DNA of 63,981 bases, filler included, from Chiloscyllium plagiosum (lineage: Eukaryota), in the NCBI RefSeq assembly GCF_004010195.1. It is 4 parts of one record of this genome, joined end to end, with 100 filler letters (N's around TTAATTAATTAA, not from the genome) between each part and the next. Parts side by side here need not be neighbours in the genome. Positions count along the whole stretch, not along the records: positions 11,072 to 37,041 come from NC_057711.1; 3 more parts are not named here. One strand, given 5' to 3'. Shown in pieces: positions 13,021 through 25,525 of the stretch. Below the pieces are notes generated by a model. The model had not been told where the DNA came from, searched no databases, and was given only the letters and a program-made list of their open reading frames with translations. How positions within the stretch are numbered: the first letter of the stretch is position 1; every line of letters begins with the position of its first letter. The position numbers and the translations under genes were made by a program.

Positions 13021-13303
13021 TTAGATTAGATTCCCTACCGTGTGGAAACAGGCACTTCGGCCCAACAAGTCCACACCGACCCTCCGAAGAGTAACCCACC
13101 CCCCTCTGACTAATGCACCTAACACTATGGACAATTTACTATGGCCAATTCACCTGACCTGCACATCTTTGGAACATGGGAGGAAACCCACGCATCCACG
13201 GGGAAAACGTGCAAACTCCACACAGAGAGTCACCCAAGGCTGGAATAGAACCTGGGACCCTGGCATTGTGAGGCAGCAGTGCTAACCACTGAGCCACCAT
13301 GCC
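13021..13303 (-). mobile_element. HE1-type V-SINE, full length
   Basis: tRNA-like head (A box TGGCTCAGTGG, B box GGTTCTATTCC on minus), V-domain tgtgtggagtttgcacgtt, (TCTAA)n tail. Confidence 0.93.
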
Positions 13304-14179
13304 TATATTCAGTAAATGATTAATTCGTTTGGTGAGCAAACATTTGGAACTGAAAGCTGGTCTCAGGTGTGTAAAGCAGTTCTAGCAATCAATGATTTCT
13401 CCATTGTATTTTTATTTTAGTAATATCACAGCACAAAGTGTCAAGTTGTCAAGTTGCTGCAAGATTCAAACACAGAGAGGGCCACACACATTGCAACAAT
13501 CTTGACAGTGATATTTATTATCAGTAGTCGGTCTGCCAGTGGCCCTGAGGAAACAGAGCAGGGCTGCAAAATTGCATAATGCCAAGACAACAGCCTTCCA
13601 ACTAACTTATGACTAAAACAGCTGTGCCTCAGTACTTTTATAGTGAAGTCGGCATTATAATTGGCGACATATAAACTTCTCACTATACTCATTGAGTATA
13701 TGTGGTAAAAAAGGCTATTCTAGTCTAAGCTTATCTTCTTTAGAGTAAACTGACAGAATGCTATCAAAACTAAAAGAGTTGGGTGGTGGGTGAAGCCTGT
13801 GGGAAACAGAAGCAAATACCTGAAAAGAAAAGGCTGTAGCTTACCAGCATTACTAAAGTATGGAAAATTTTGTGGATTTAGATCATAAGAACTCAAGACC
13901 ATAAGAAATTGGAACAGGAGTAGATTATTCAGCCCATCAAGTCTGCTCTGCTATTCTTCATGTCCACTTTCCTACCCCTCAACCTAACCCTGATCCCCCA
14001 TCTATAACAAACCTATCGATCGAAACATTGAACGTATATAAGGACTCTGCACCCCCAAATCTTTGACACAAAAGTAATATACTTCAAACGCTAGAAAACT
14101 GAAATTACATAATAAACAATGCTCAGTAAATATTCTGTAGGTCATCCATTGCATGGAGAGAAAAATGTGCATTTTTTAA

Positions 14180-14453
14180 AGAGACCCGGGTTCAATTCCC
14201 GCCTCAGGCGACTGACTGTGTGGAGTTTGCACGTTCTCCCCGTGTCTGCGTGGGTTTCCTCCGGGTGCTCCGGTTTCCTCCCACAGTCCAAAGATGTGCA
14301 GGTCAGGTGAATTGGCCATGCTAAATTGCCCGTAGTGTTAGGTAAGGGGTAAATGTAGGGGTATGGGTGGGTTTCGCTTCAGCGGGTTGGTGTGGACTTG
14401 TTGGGCCGAAGGGCCTGTTTCCACACTGTAAGTAATCTAATCTAATCTAATCT
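14180..14453 (+). mobile_element. HE1-type V-SINE, young, A box missing
   Basis: B box GGTTCAATTCC, intact CpG-rich V-domain, (AATCT)n tail. Confidence 0.95.
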
Positions 14454-14765
14454 TAACTATTCACCTCAAAGTTTTCATTAAAAAAAACTCATTTCAATGT
14501 ATGTAAATACATTTACAGTTGATTCTAACCACGTATAGAACTTAAAAATGAGCTTGAAATATGTCTCATCTTCTTTTTTCTCATACAAACACAGGATGTG
14601 TGTGTTAGTGGCCAGGCCAGCATTTATTGTCTGCCCCTAATTGCTTGGAGATATGGCAAGAGTCAAACATATTGCTGTGGGGTCTGAAGTCACATGTAGG
14701 CCAGACCAGATAAGGATGACAGTTTCAAAAACAGAAAATTCTGGAAAAGTTCAGCAGAAATTCAT

Positions 14766-15170
14766 TGAGTCATAGATTTGTAGAGCAGGTGCATGCCAAC
14801 CAGTTATCCAAACCTAATCTAGTTCCATTTGCCAGCACTTGGCCCATACCCCACTAAACCCTTCCTATTCATATACCCATCCAGATGTTGTAATTGTACC
14901 AGCCTCCGCCACTTCCTCTGCCAGTTCATCCCATACTTGCATTACCCTCTGTGTGGAAGAGTTGCCTTTTAGGTCTCTTTTAAGTCTTTTTCCTCTCACC
15001 CCAAACCTATGCCCTCTAGTTTTGGACTCCCCTACCCTAGGAAAAGGACCATGGTTATTTACCCTATCCATGTGCTTTCTGATTTTATAAACCTCTATAG
15101 AATCACCCCTCAGCCTCCGACGCTCCAGGGAAAATAGCCACAGCCTATTCAGCCTCTCCCAATAGCTCAG
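14766..15170 (-). mobile_element. CR1 LINE 3' fragment
   Basis: ERLNRLWLFSLERRRLRGDSIEVYKI...TRGHRF. Confidence 0.93.
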
Positions 15171-15236
15171 ATCTGGCAGTATCTGTGGAGAGGAAGCAGA
15201 GTTTTGCATTCAGATCTTATCCTTCTTCAATCCCTA

Positions 15237-15358
15237 GCTACCTGATGAAGGAGCAGTGCTGTAAAAGCTTGTACTTCCAAATAAACCTGTTGGACTATAA
15301 CCTGGTGTTGTGTGATTTTTAATTTTGTCCACCCCAATCCAAAACTGGCTCCTCCACA
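15237..15358 (+). mobile_element. PLE pLTR (family 2) with decayed hammerhead
   Basis: CTGATGA at 15242-15248, aggagcagtgct, then aaacctgttggactataacctggtgttgtgtgattttt. Confidence 0.85.
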
Positions 15359-15539
15359 GTAGGATGATAATTTCCTTCCCTAAAAGACATTAGTGAACCA
15401 GATGGGTGTTTCCTAACAATCAACAATGGGTTTCTGTTGTTTATTAGATTCTTAATGCCAGATGTTTTTCCTCCTTATTGACGTCAAATTCAACCATGAC
15501 AGGATTAATGACAGGAGCACTATCTGGGTTCTGGATTAA

Positions 15540-15743
15540 CAGTCAAGAGTGTGGTGCTGGAAAAGCACAGGAGGTCAGGCAGCATCTGAGGAGCAGGCTA
15601 ATTGATGTTTTGGGCAAAAGCCTTCTTCAGGAATGCCCGAAACATCAATTCTCCTGCTCCTCGGATTCTGCCTGATCTACTGTGCTTTTCCAGCACCACA
15701 CTCTCGACTCTAATCGCCAGCAGCTACAGTCCTCACTTTCGCC
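15540..15743 (+). mobile_element. Palindromic mini-PLE (family 1)
   Basis: Inverted arms plus a single-copy tail; 11-bp TSD TTCTGGATTAA at 15529-15539 and 15744-15754. Confidence 0.88.
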
Positions 15744-18133
15744 TTCTGGATTAATAATCTAATGGTAATACCACTTGACCATCACATCCCCTTCTTAATG
15801 CATACAATATACCAATATAAATGAAACTTAAATCTGCACGCAGTCCTGGCCACTTCTGAATCCAGGTTTAAGTAATAACAACACAAGAAGAAGACTCATC
15901 AAGATACTGCTTTCATTTCCTGAGAATTTTTGAGCTATTATGACCAAAAATATCTCATGATTTGTTGTTTGATTTATTGATGTCACGTGTCAAGGTTCAG
16001 TGAAAAGTGTTCTTTTGGTGAAATTCTGTTGTGATTAGGTTGCTGAGATTTGCGAATGGAAGGGAAAAGAAATAGACAGATTTAGGCATCTGATCTCATC
16101 ATGCCATTCATAAGTATCTAAACTTGCCCGACAAATGACAGATTATTTTGAAACAATCACGTGGGTTAACTCAGCAGCTATTTTTGCAGAGAAATCGCAG
16201 AGGTGATACTGCTGGAGGGAGGAGGCAGTGGCAAACGATTGGAAGATCACCTAAAATGACAACTGCATGGCTCGGAGAAAATCGGCAAGTGGATCTCAGA
16301 ATGTCTATGAGGAGAGAAACTGTTAAATGTTTTGAATCCAAATCACTGCCCTTCAGAAAGTTTTCCCTACACCTACTGCTTTTAAATTAGATCTCCAACA
16401 CTTTGATTTGGAGTTGCTGTGAGAAAGTGCCAAGTTCTGCCTTGAATAATATTTTGGGAGTGCAAGAGAGGGTGAGGATTAAGCCATTTCGTCATTCAAG
16501 GCTATTTCACCACTATACTAGAAACGGATGTTTTCTCTCTTCACACTGTCTGCCCATGTGAGATCGTTAACACCCACAGGTAGACAGGTTACTTGGGCTA
16601 GATTTTTTGAGCAGTGGCAATTGCTTGCGGATTCAGTTTTATGGCCAAAGGGAGCTCTGCATGTCTGGTGGCAGGTTCTGCTGGGGTCTCCCTCAGAATT
16701 GCAGAGCTGTGTTTCCATTCTGACACCTTGTTTTGGAATAGTCAGAGAAAATGAACGATGCCCCCTCTTAACTGCAGTCTGGGTGTGGGAAGGTCAGTGT
16801 AGATGAGGTTGCAGGGTCTGGGGAAGGTGTGTAGGGTTGGGCTTGGTCCAGCGGTGGGTAGGGAAAGGTGTTTCCAGCCTGGCCTGGTATGGGGGTGGGT
16901 GTGATGATCAGGTCAGCCCTGACAGCAGGGAGAGATCGGGTCTGGTCTGGGAGGGGGTTGCAGGCAGGCAGTGGGCTGGGTGATGGGGGACGGTGCGGGG
17001 AATGGAATTGTGGTCAGGTTGGATTCTCCTGATGGGGGTAAAAATAGGTCTGTTCAGGTCTGGGTTTGGGAAAGTAGGGTCCGGAGAGAGGGAAAAAGGA
17101 GTTTGGGTCTAGGGTGGGTTATCTTGTCAGAGTCTTGGGGATGTATAAGAGATTTCTGGAAGGAACAGTTGGAGGTCTACGTCAGATAAATATGGGGTCA
17201 ATTGAATGGTTACTCAGGAGTGATACTATGTATTTAATAATCTAACTCTTCCTATGTAACTATTTTACTTAATTTTGTTGAAAATGTCCAAAATCTCAAA
17301 TTGAATTGATGCTTCCAGAAGATTCCAGGTACGGGAGCATTGACCATTGAAATCTTCTGAAGGAAATTCTTCGGAGTTTGCTACTGTGGAGATTCTACAG
17401 GGTCCTAACACATAACTGCCATTCACTCTGGAATAACAAGTGTCTGGCCCTTAAGAGGTCCAGCTAAAATTCCATTCGTAGAGCAATCATCTCTGATTTT
17501 CTTAACACTGCACTGAAGCAGTTTATATTATCCACTTAAGAAAAATTAACAGCTACATGAAACAAGGAGGAGTAGGTGAAAGCGAAGTGGCTCTTATGGA
17601 AGTCAATCTCAGTATCCTGTTTCCGTGCTGTAGCATTCTATAATTCTAAGTCATAATCTTCACTCTCATACTCAAGTGTTAACAAATTAAATGGGACTGA
17701 CACACAGAAGAGCAAAAGGCTTTCCATCTACAGAATTTTACATCTGTTAAGTTTCTGTTTGATTACTTTAATCTATTCAATAGGCTGGTTATACAGAGCT
17801 GTTAACCTGCCAACTATCTATGAGGGTGTCTGCTGTAAAGTATTCTCACTGATTTATATTATTTTCTGACCCTAGTTTGACCCTAAAACTACTGTGATAT
17901 AAGTGAACTACATAGTTTGTCAGTTTGCCCAATTTCTGAATTATTTGCAGATCAATATTTAAATTAAAAGTGCTGATAACTATGATTCTGAAATTCAAAA
18001 TAAATTCTTAATCCATTTTGTTGTATCTGGCTTTCATTTGATATTTAACAAGTGTTTGGTCATTCATTCATTCATTCAGTCAAACACTAGTGTAAATCCT
18101 GATAGGACATTAATTATGTCGATATTAATTAAG

Positions 18134-18199
18134 GTCAAAAAGTGTGGTGTTACCTTTTCGACTCTGATCTCCAGCATCTACAGTCCTCACTTTCTCCTA
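18134..18199 (+). mobile_element. 66-bp minimal PLE insertion (family 1 tail)
   Basis: 13-bp TSD GATATTAATTAAG at 18121-18133 and 18200-18212; body ends gatctccagcatctacagtcctcactttctcc. Confidence 0.85.
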
Positions 18200-18441
18200 G
18201 ATATTAATTAAGCCCAAGGCAGTAGATGTAAGGGAGTATTGTGGTTAATTCTGGCTGTTATTCATTTCTTCACATCAAATGGCTGGTAAACTTTAAATAG
18301 TTCTTTGACAGGACATTAAGATGAAGAGCTAAAGGTTCATCTACTGCCCTTAATAAACAATCTTATCAAATAGATCTCTGTGTTGTTAAAATCACAAAGG
18401 TAAAGGGTGTCCTGATATCTACATATCTACCACATGGATTA

Positions 18442-18660
18442 TGGAAATGTGTTGCTGGAAAAGCGCAGCAGGTCAGGCAGCATCTAGGGAACAGGAGAAT
18501 CGACATTTCGGGCATTAGCCCTTCTTCAGGAATCCTGAAGAAGGGCTAATGCCCGAAACGTCGATTCTCCTGTTCCCTAGATGCTGCCTGACCTGCTGCG
18601 CTTTTCCAGCAACACATTTCCATCTCTGATCTCCAGCATCTGCAGACCTCACTTTCTCCT
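18442..18660 (+). mobile_element. Palindromic mini-PLE (family 1): 91-bp arms, 1-nt loop, 37-bp tail
   Basis: 18441-18531 is the reverse complement of 18533-18623 with one mismatch; TSD ACCACATGGATTA at 18429-18441 and 18661-18673. Confidence 0.93.
18530..18567 (+). ncRNA. Minimal type I hammerhead ribozyme motif, intact core
   Basis: Stem I GAATC/GATTC, CTGAAGA 18535-18541, stem II GGGC-taat-GCCC, GAAAC-GTC. Confidence 0.8.
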
Positions 18661-18689
18661 ACCACATGGATTAGTCCATGTAAAACTCA

Positions 18690-19520
18690 ACAAGTCTTCA
18701 ATAAAACATATTTGACAGCAGCAACAACTTGGATTAAATATGCTAAAGGTTTTCGCATTTGATAGCCATGCTGAAATATTATTTTACTTCAGGTTTTGCA
18801 TTCCAGCTGTAAGTTCAAAGCCTTTAAATTCATTAGTGTCCATTCAATACTTTATAGAACTGGTTGTCAGGGACTGTTAAGGGACTCTTGGCGTGTTCAA
18901 AGTTCAAAAATGGGAAGCACGTGATGCTTCAGACCTTGATATTCTGGATGTTTTCCTCACGTGCACACATGACTGTATTCCAATTTCCTATTGGCTTGAT
19001 GAATTTGTGGTCGGGATTCAATATTACAGTAGACTTGTTCACTTCCACATTGTGCTTTTTGTAACCTGAATGAAACACAAGCATCAAGGAAGGGTTTTGA
19101 ATGCATTTCCCAGCTGTGAAACTGTTGGAGTGGATCTCATCTGCCCGTGAACTTTGAATTCTTTGAGTTAATGGCTTCAATTGAAAATGTCTGTAAAAAG
19201 ACCAATTCCACTATATTCTATTTAATGGCATTATGTTCCTGTTACCGGAGGATAAAACCAATGTACATTCTTGAGGATAGCTTCATGGTGCCTTCTAAGG
19301 ATTTTGTAAATGTGTTACTGGTCATCCTCCATTTGATGATAGGATGCCTGAGATCATCATTTGCAGAATTTGTCTTCCAGGCTGGCTCCCTTAGTCATCT
19401 ACATTAGACTCCAATTAGATTCCCGCATCCTATCTTCATTGATCGACCTAGTCACCATTTCATATCTGCACTGTCCGTACAATTCCATCATACAACATTG
19501 GTGTGAAATTTCCAAAATTC
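18690..19520 (+). mobile_element. Ancient CR1/L2-group LINE RT C-terminal remnant
   Basis: IENVCKKTNSTIFYL..LCSCYRRIK resembles HIxNVCKKANSTLGFLRRNLxxCxxxIK; weak FSKAFD-like and LGV-like patches upstream. Confidence 0.45.
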
Positions 19521-19539
19521 TTCAGAGTTAGTGAAGTTT

Positions 19540-20650
19540 CCATTGTACTTGAAAGAAACAAATATAGCCCCTCTATTCAAGAAAGAGAGAGCAGGAAACT
19601 GTAGCCCAATTAGCTTCATGTCTGTCATGGGGAAAGTGTGAGAATCAATCATTAAAAGAGATTATGACTTCACACATTGGAAAACAGAAATAATCAGGAA
19701 GAGTCAGTATATTTTCATCGAAGGGAAATTATGTTAACCACTACATTGGAGTCCTTTGAAGAAACTGTAAGTGTTGTGGATAAAAAGGAGCCTGGAGATT
19801 TATTGTATGTGGACTTTCAGAAGACATTTGATAATGTGTCACTTCATAGGTCAGTGCAGAAAGTAAAATTTCATGGTGTTGGAGGTAACATATTCGCCAG
19901 GTAAGGAGAGTGGCTGGTTGGCAGAAAATAAACTGTGCACAAATAGATGTTGGTCTGATTGGCAGGATGTAATGAGCAGGGGCTTATGCTGAGGCCTCAA
20001 CTTATTACAATTAACATTTGTTCATTAGATACTGGGAGTGAATGCACGGTAGCTAAATTTGCGAACAACACTAAGATAGGTAGGAAAATATGGTGAGAAG
20101 ACATAAGGAAATAGTGAGTGGGCAAACATCTGGCAGCAAAATGTAGGAAGATGTGAGATCACATCTTTAGTACTGTGCAATTTTGGTGTTCTTATTTATG
20201 AATGTAAATACATTGGAGGCAGTTCAAAAGAGGTTTACTCGGTTGATTCCTGGAATGAGTGGGTTGCCTTATGAAGATAAGTTGGACAGGCTGGGCTTGT
20301 TTCCACTCGAGTTGAGAAGAGTGAAGGAGAATTTCATTCAAGTATAAACTATCCTGAATAGTCTTGACAAGATGGACGAGGAAGGGATGTTTCTTTCATG
20401 ACTAAGTCCTGAAACTAAGGGGAACTGTTTTAAAATTGTGTTTTGAAACTAAAGGGAAGAAACCTTTTCCCTTGAGTTTTGTGACTTTGGAATTGTCTGC
20501 CTCAGAAGGTAGTGGTAGTTAGTGAGTCATGGGCCATTTTTAAGACAGAGGTGGGTTGGTTTTTGTTAGACAGTGAATCGAGGGAATGTGGAATTCAAAT
20601 CATAACCGGATCAGTCATGATCTGATTGAATGACAGATCAGGCTCACAGG
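19540..20650 (+). mobile_element. Old CR1 LINE ORF2 3' half
   Basis: DLLYVDFQKTFDNVS..KVKFHGVGGN and decayed CR1 C-terminal motifs. Confidence 0.88.
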
Positions 20651-20659
20651 GATAAATGG

Positions 20660-21098
20660 TTTGCACCATTTAGAATAACTTAACAATTGGAAACCTAACC
20701 AAATACTAGATACAGTACTTATTACTACTTAACTGTTCCAATATATTAACATCCCATAAACACACTACTAAGCAAAAAGGTAAATTCTGACAAATTCTGA
20801 CATGCAGTTCTCCAATCCGAGTGGAAAAAAAAATGAAGAGAAATTTCTGAGCGTGAACCAACCAAGAGGCATTCACTGAAGCTCCGAACTCTTCTGAGAC
20901 CCCAATGGTTTCTTCCGCTTAAAGTTAAATAATCTCGGAAGCCTGGTCTGTGGGAGCTGGATACACCTGGGCAGCTTCTATTGTTCCAACTTTTAAAAAA
21001 CTCAAGTCATCTTCAGTAGCTCATTCTGCATCTCTGCCTTATAACTGCTCCTCAAAAAAAAGGATGCAGTACATTTTAAAGTGACAGCACCATCACAC
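20660..21098 (-). mobile_element. LTR fragment related to the solo LTR at 3091-3774
   Basis: Minus strand begins TGTGATG; patchy similarity to 3500-3600. Confidence 0.45.
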
Positions 21099-21394
21099 AG
21101 TCAAAGAAAAATGCCAAATGTAGATTGTCATTATAGAGCTGAAAGATCATTGAAAGAGGGGCATGTCAAAGCGATTATACTTTTCTGATAGAAGGATCAT
21201 TGTTTTGTATTTTTGATAGCTGCTATTTGTTAGTCTTCAGATAAGATAGCAAAGGTTACATTTATAAAGAGATTAATTTGGCACTCCTTACACAGAGGAG
21301 ACTGTTGAATTTTGAATCCTCAGTGCGAATTGATGCTGTGGGTGTTGTTTTGACACTAAACTGGTTTTACAGTGTATGGACATTCCGAATAGAC

Positions 21395-23235
21395 AGTTTG
21401 GATACGGATATAGGAGGCATCATTAGGAAGTTTGCAGATTACACCAAAATTGGTGGTATGGCGGATATTGCAGTAGATTACTAAAAAAATTGATCAATTA
21501 GATCAATGGGCTGAGGAATGGTAGATGGAGTTTAATTTGGATGAATGCAAGATATTCAATAAAATAAACAAGATCAGGACTTATAAATTAATGGTAGAAG
21601 CCTGAGTTGATTGATTGATTGACTGACTGATTTGATTTATTGTCATGTGTACCTAAGTTCAGTGTAAAGTTTTGTTTTGCGAGCAGTACAGGTTGATCAT
21701 GGTAAGCAAAGGCACACAGATCATAAAGTGAAAAAAACTGGGACAGAATAACACGTACAGGTTACACTGCATAAGACGTGCGCTATGCACAATCCAACGT
21801 TAATGAGATCAGTATGATTTGAGGTTAGAGAGTCCATTCATTCAGTCTAATAATGGCAAGGAAAAAGTTGTTCTTGAACCTGCTGATGCAGAGACCGAGG
21901 GGTACAAGTGCATAAAATACTTTGAAATTTGTCTCAGAGGTAGACAGGATTGCATGCTTGCTTTCATTGCACAGACCTTTGCTTATAGGATTTGGGGATA
22001 TTGAGGTTGTACAGGATGTTGGTGAGGCCTTTCTGAAGTACTGTGTACAGTTCTGGTCATGCTGGCAAAGGAAGGATATTATTAAATTGGAGAGAGTTCA
22101 GAAAAGATTTACCAGGATGTTGCTAGGAATGGAGTTATAAAAATGGGCTGGATAAGTTGGGACTTTTTCACTGGAGCATAGGAGTTTGAGGGGTGAGTTT
22201 ATTGAGGTTTAAAAATCATGAGGAGCATAGATAAAGTGAACAGCAAAGGTCTTTTCCACAGAGTGGACGAGTTCAAACTAAGTGGGCATATTTTTAAGTG
22301 AGAGGAGAAAGACTTCAAGAAAACATAAGGGTAATGTTTTTTGACACAAAGGGTGGTTCGTGTCTGGAATGAAGTGCCACAGAAAGTGGTGGATACAGGT
22401 ACAGTTGCAACATTTAAAAGACATTTAGAGAAGTACATGATTAGGGAAAGGTTTGGAGGCATATGGGCCAACTTGAAAGTAGAGTCGCAGGTATATAGGA
22501 TAGTGAAGAAGGCATTCGGTATGCTTTCCTTTATTGGTCAGAGTATTGAGTACAGGAGTTAAGAGGTCATGTTGCAACTGTACAGGACATTGCTTAGGCC
22601 ACTTTTGGAATATTGCACGCAATTCTGGTCTCCTTCTTATTGGAAAGATATTGTGAAACTTGAAAGGTTTCAGAAAAGATTTACAAGGGTGTTGTCAAGG
22701 TTGGAGGATTTGAGCGAAAGGGAGAGGTTGAATAGGCTGGGGCTGTTTTCCCTGGAGCATCGGAGGATGAGGGGTGACCTTATAGAGGTTTACAAAATCA
22801 TGAGGGGCATGGATAGGGTAAATAGACAAGGTCTTTTCTCTGGGTTAGGGGAGTCCAGAACTAGTGGGAATAGGTATAGGGCAAGAGGGGAAAGATATAA
22901 AAGAGACCGAAGGGGCAACCCTTTCATGCAGAGGATGGGCTGCCAAAGGAAGTGGTGGAGGCTGGTACAATTGCAACATTTAAAAGGCATCTGGATAGGT
23001 ATATGAATAGGAAGGGTTTGGAGGGATATGGGCCAGGTGTTGGCAGGTGGGGCTAAGTTGGGTTGGGATAGCTGGTCGGCATGGATGAGTTGAACTGAAC
23101 GGTCTGTTTCCGGGCTGTACATCTCTATGACACTATAACTCCAAACACAGGAAGTGAGACTGATTTAGTTTTGGAACATTGTCTGCGTGGACGAGTTGGA
23201 CCGAAAGGTCTGTTTCCGGGCTGTATGACTCTCCA
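21395..23235 (+). mobile_element. Composite CR1: older copy with a younger 3' fragment (about 22470-23140) inserted in its tail and a Rex1-type end at about 21600-21890
   Basis: RKFADYTKIGG; ORF 22569-23006 LYRTLLRPLLEYCTQFWSP...RMRGDLIEVYKIMRG; the C-terminal segment appears twice. Confidence 0.92.
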
Positions 23236-23419
23236 TGTTTCTACGCGTTATTGTCATTTGGTTATGTGCATTTCTTCCTTAAATAAAATAAATTGTAGGT
23301 ACCAAGAAACAGAGAAGATGCCACCCTCTCCACTTTCAATTCTTGCATTTACATCAAAATATTATTTTCAAGGGACAGTAAGCAATTAGCCATTGGGCAG
23401 TTATTGTGCCTGCCCATCA

Positions 23420-23600
23420 GGTTGTGCAGTTGGACTTAGAAAAAGATGATAATTCAGGAAGACCTGGAGCCAGACTATCAGTAGACATCACCAGCTGGTC
23501 AACAGATGCGAGAGCATTAACTGTGGACAGCACAGAATGGAGTGCTTTGTCTGCCTCATGTGTTTCTTGATGCGTGAGCTAATTAAGTCTAAGTAAGCAA
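23420..23600 (+). mobile_element. RTE-type LINE 3' end remnant
   Basis: RKTWSQT...DSTEWSAL-like C-terminus followed by an aagtctaagtaag tail. Confidence 0.4.
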
Positions 23601-24029
23601 GCCAGTGGCAGAATGTTCAAAGCTCCACTCTTAATCAATCTTTAAAGTACACAGTTTCTCTTTATTTTCTCTCTAAATTTTTTCAGACTCAATTCCTCCC
23701 TGAAACCGTCTAAAATTATTCTCAATCACTCCCTAATCCAGCACTGCAAGACACCTCTTTACTCTCTCATTATCAGCTTCGGGTTGGTTATCGTTGGTTG
23801 TCAAACAAAAATAAATATGTAGATGAGTCCTTGAAATGTCATAACATTCAAGGCTATCAGTCAGCTCTATTACTCAATAACACTATGAATCTTTCTTTCA
23901 AATGCAGTCTTGATTCATTGAAGTTGCACCATTAATCTCTTATTCCAGACAATTTATTGTCCCATTTCTTAACTTTTCAACTTTCTTCCATCAATTGTTA
24001 TCAGCAAACTATGTTCTTTTTCTTTTGTG

Positions 24030-24660
24030 AATTCACTTGTGGGACATGGGTACTGTTTGTTGGGCTAATGTTAATTGCCTGTCCCTAGTTGCTCCTTGAG
24101 AAGGTGGGGTGAGTTGCCTTCTTGTACCGCTGCAGTCCACGTGCTGTAGGTAGCCCCTCAAAATTCCAGGATTTTGACCCAGCGACACTGAAGGAACAGC
24201 GATATGTTTCCAAGTCAGGATGGTGAGTGACTTGAAGGGGATTTGTAGGTGATGGTGTTCCCATGCATCTGCTGCTGTTTTCCCTTAGATGGAAGTAGTC
24301 ATGGGTTTGGAAGATACTATCTAAGCATCTTTGGTGAATTTCTGCAGTACATCTTGTAGATAGCACATACTTCTACAACTGAAGATCTGTGATGGAAGGA
24401 ATGGATGCTTTTGGGTGTGGTACCAAGCAAGCAGGCTGCTTTGTCCTGGATGGCGTCAAGCTTCTTGAGTGTTATTGGAGCTGCACTTATCCAGGCAAGT
24501 GGGAAGTATGCCCACCTGACTTGTGGGCATGTTTTGGGAGTCAGGAGTAAGTTACTCACCATAGTGTTCTTTGACCTGCTCTTGTTGCCACTGCATTTAC
24601 CCAGTGAGTTTCTGGCCAATGGTAACTCCCAGGATAGTGATTCTTCACTCTTCAAGTTGT
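24030..24660 (-). mobile_element. Second LINE family (CR1/L2 group) 3' fragment
   Basis: YFPLAWISAAPITLKKLDAIQDKAACLLG...YKMYCRNSPKMLR; homologous copies at 40400-41080 (+) and 55510-56100 (-). Confidence 0.85.
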
Positions 24661-24674
24661 CAATTCCATTCATT

Positions 24675-25020
24675 CATTGACTCACAAGGTGTTAGCAAAT
24701 CCAGCATCATTGCACATCCATAACTTTTCTTGAGTAAACAATGGCAAGCCAATTTCTTGACACTGAGTGCCTTAAGAGTCAATCACATCGCTGTGGGTCT
24801 GAAACTATGTGTAGGACAAACAGGATAGTAGATTTCCATCCATAAAGGAGGTGAGTGAGTGCTTGCATTTTAACAATAACCCAGTAGATTCGTGGTTAAC
24901 ATTTCTATCAGTAGCTCCTTAATTTGATTCACTTAGATAAATTCACCAGATGCTATGTGGGATTTGAACACGCCTCTAGCTTCTGGATTGTAAGCCCACT
25001 AATATAACTCGAACTGTTCC
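24675..25020 (-). mobile_element. tRNA-derived SINE (second family), decayed
   Basis: taagagtcaatcacatcgctgtgggtctg core and B-box remnant ggatttgaac. Confidence 0.75.
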
Positions 25021-25525
25021 CGGTTAAACTATCATGTGGGCATCTGCTGAGCTGCAGAATCTGTCCTGGATGCGACTTCATCATTCTGGTTTACTTTCTC
25101 CCTCCTGATCTTTTCCATTGCCTTTGCCATTGTTAACCTTTGACATCTTCTCACAACGATTGATTGATCTCTCATAGTATGAGCGTAACCCAATCCCTGA
25201 TTGGGGACAAAGACTCAGGAGACAGGCAGGATTCAGGCATGTGGCAGCCTTTATTCTTATTCAAGCAATCACTGGTCCATGCAGAGAGAGGGCCAAAGGT
25301 CTCCCCACAAATCTAGCCTTGATGTGAGAATGCAATTGATACCTTAATCTTTGGCTCAGATCAGAAGAGAGATCAATGACACTCTGACTTTTACAGTGAA
25401 ATACAGCATTTTTGTACATTTTGTGTTACGATAATCTCATACAATGTGGTCACTGTATTCTTGCCCTATTCTGTACACCCAATTCCATGTAACACCTAAT
25501 CAATAACGGGCATTCACATGGACAG

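Larger units (their letters stand above)
14590..15790 (-). mobile_element. tRNA-derived SINE (second family) split by nested PLE and CR1 insertions
   Basis: Pieces 14590-14725, 15359-15539 and 15755-15790 join up to match the uninterrupted copy at 46225-46600. Confidence 0.8.

Noticed and set aside
16800..17200. G-rich tract and 72-aa ORF
   Set aside because: Low-complexity purine-rich DNA with no recognisable protein or defined repeat unit.
18441..18623. MITE, pre-miRNA gene or terminator
   Set aside because: The sequence matches the pLTR attached to GIY-YIG ORFs, has an asymmetric tail and long variable TSDs, unlike DNA-transposon MITEs.
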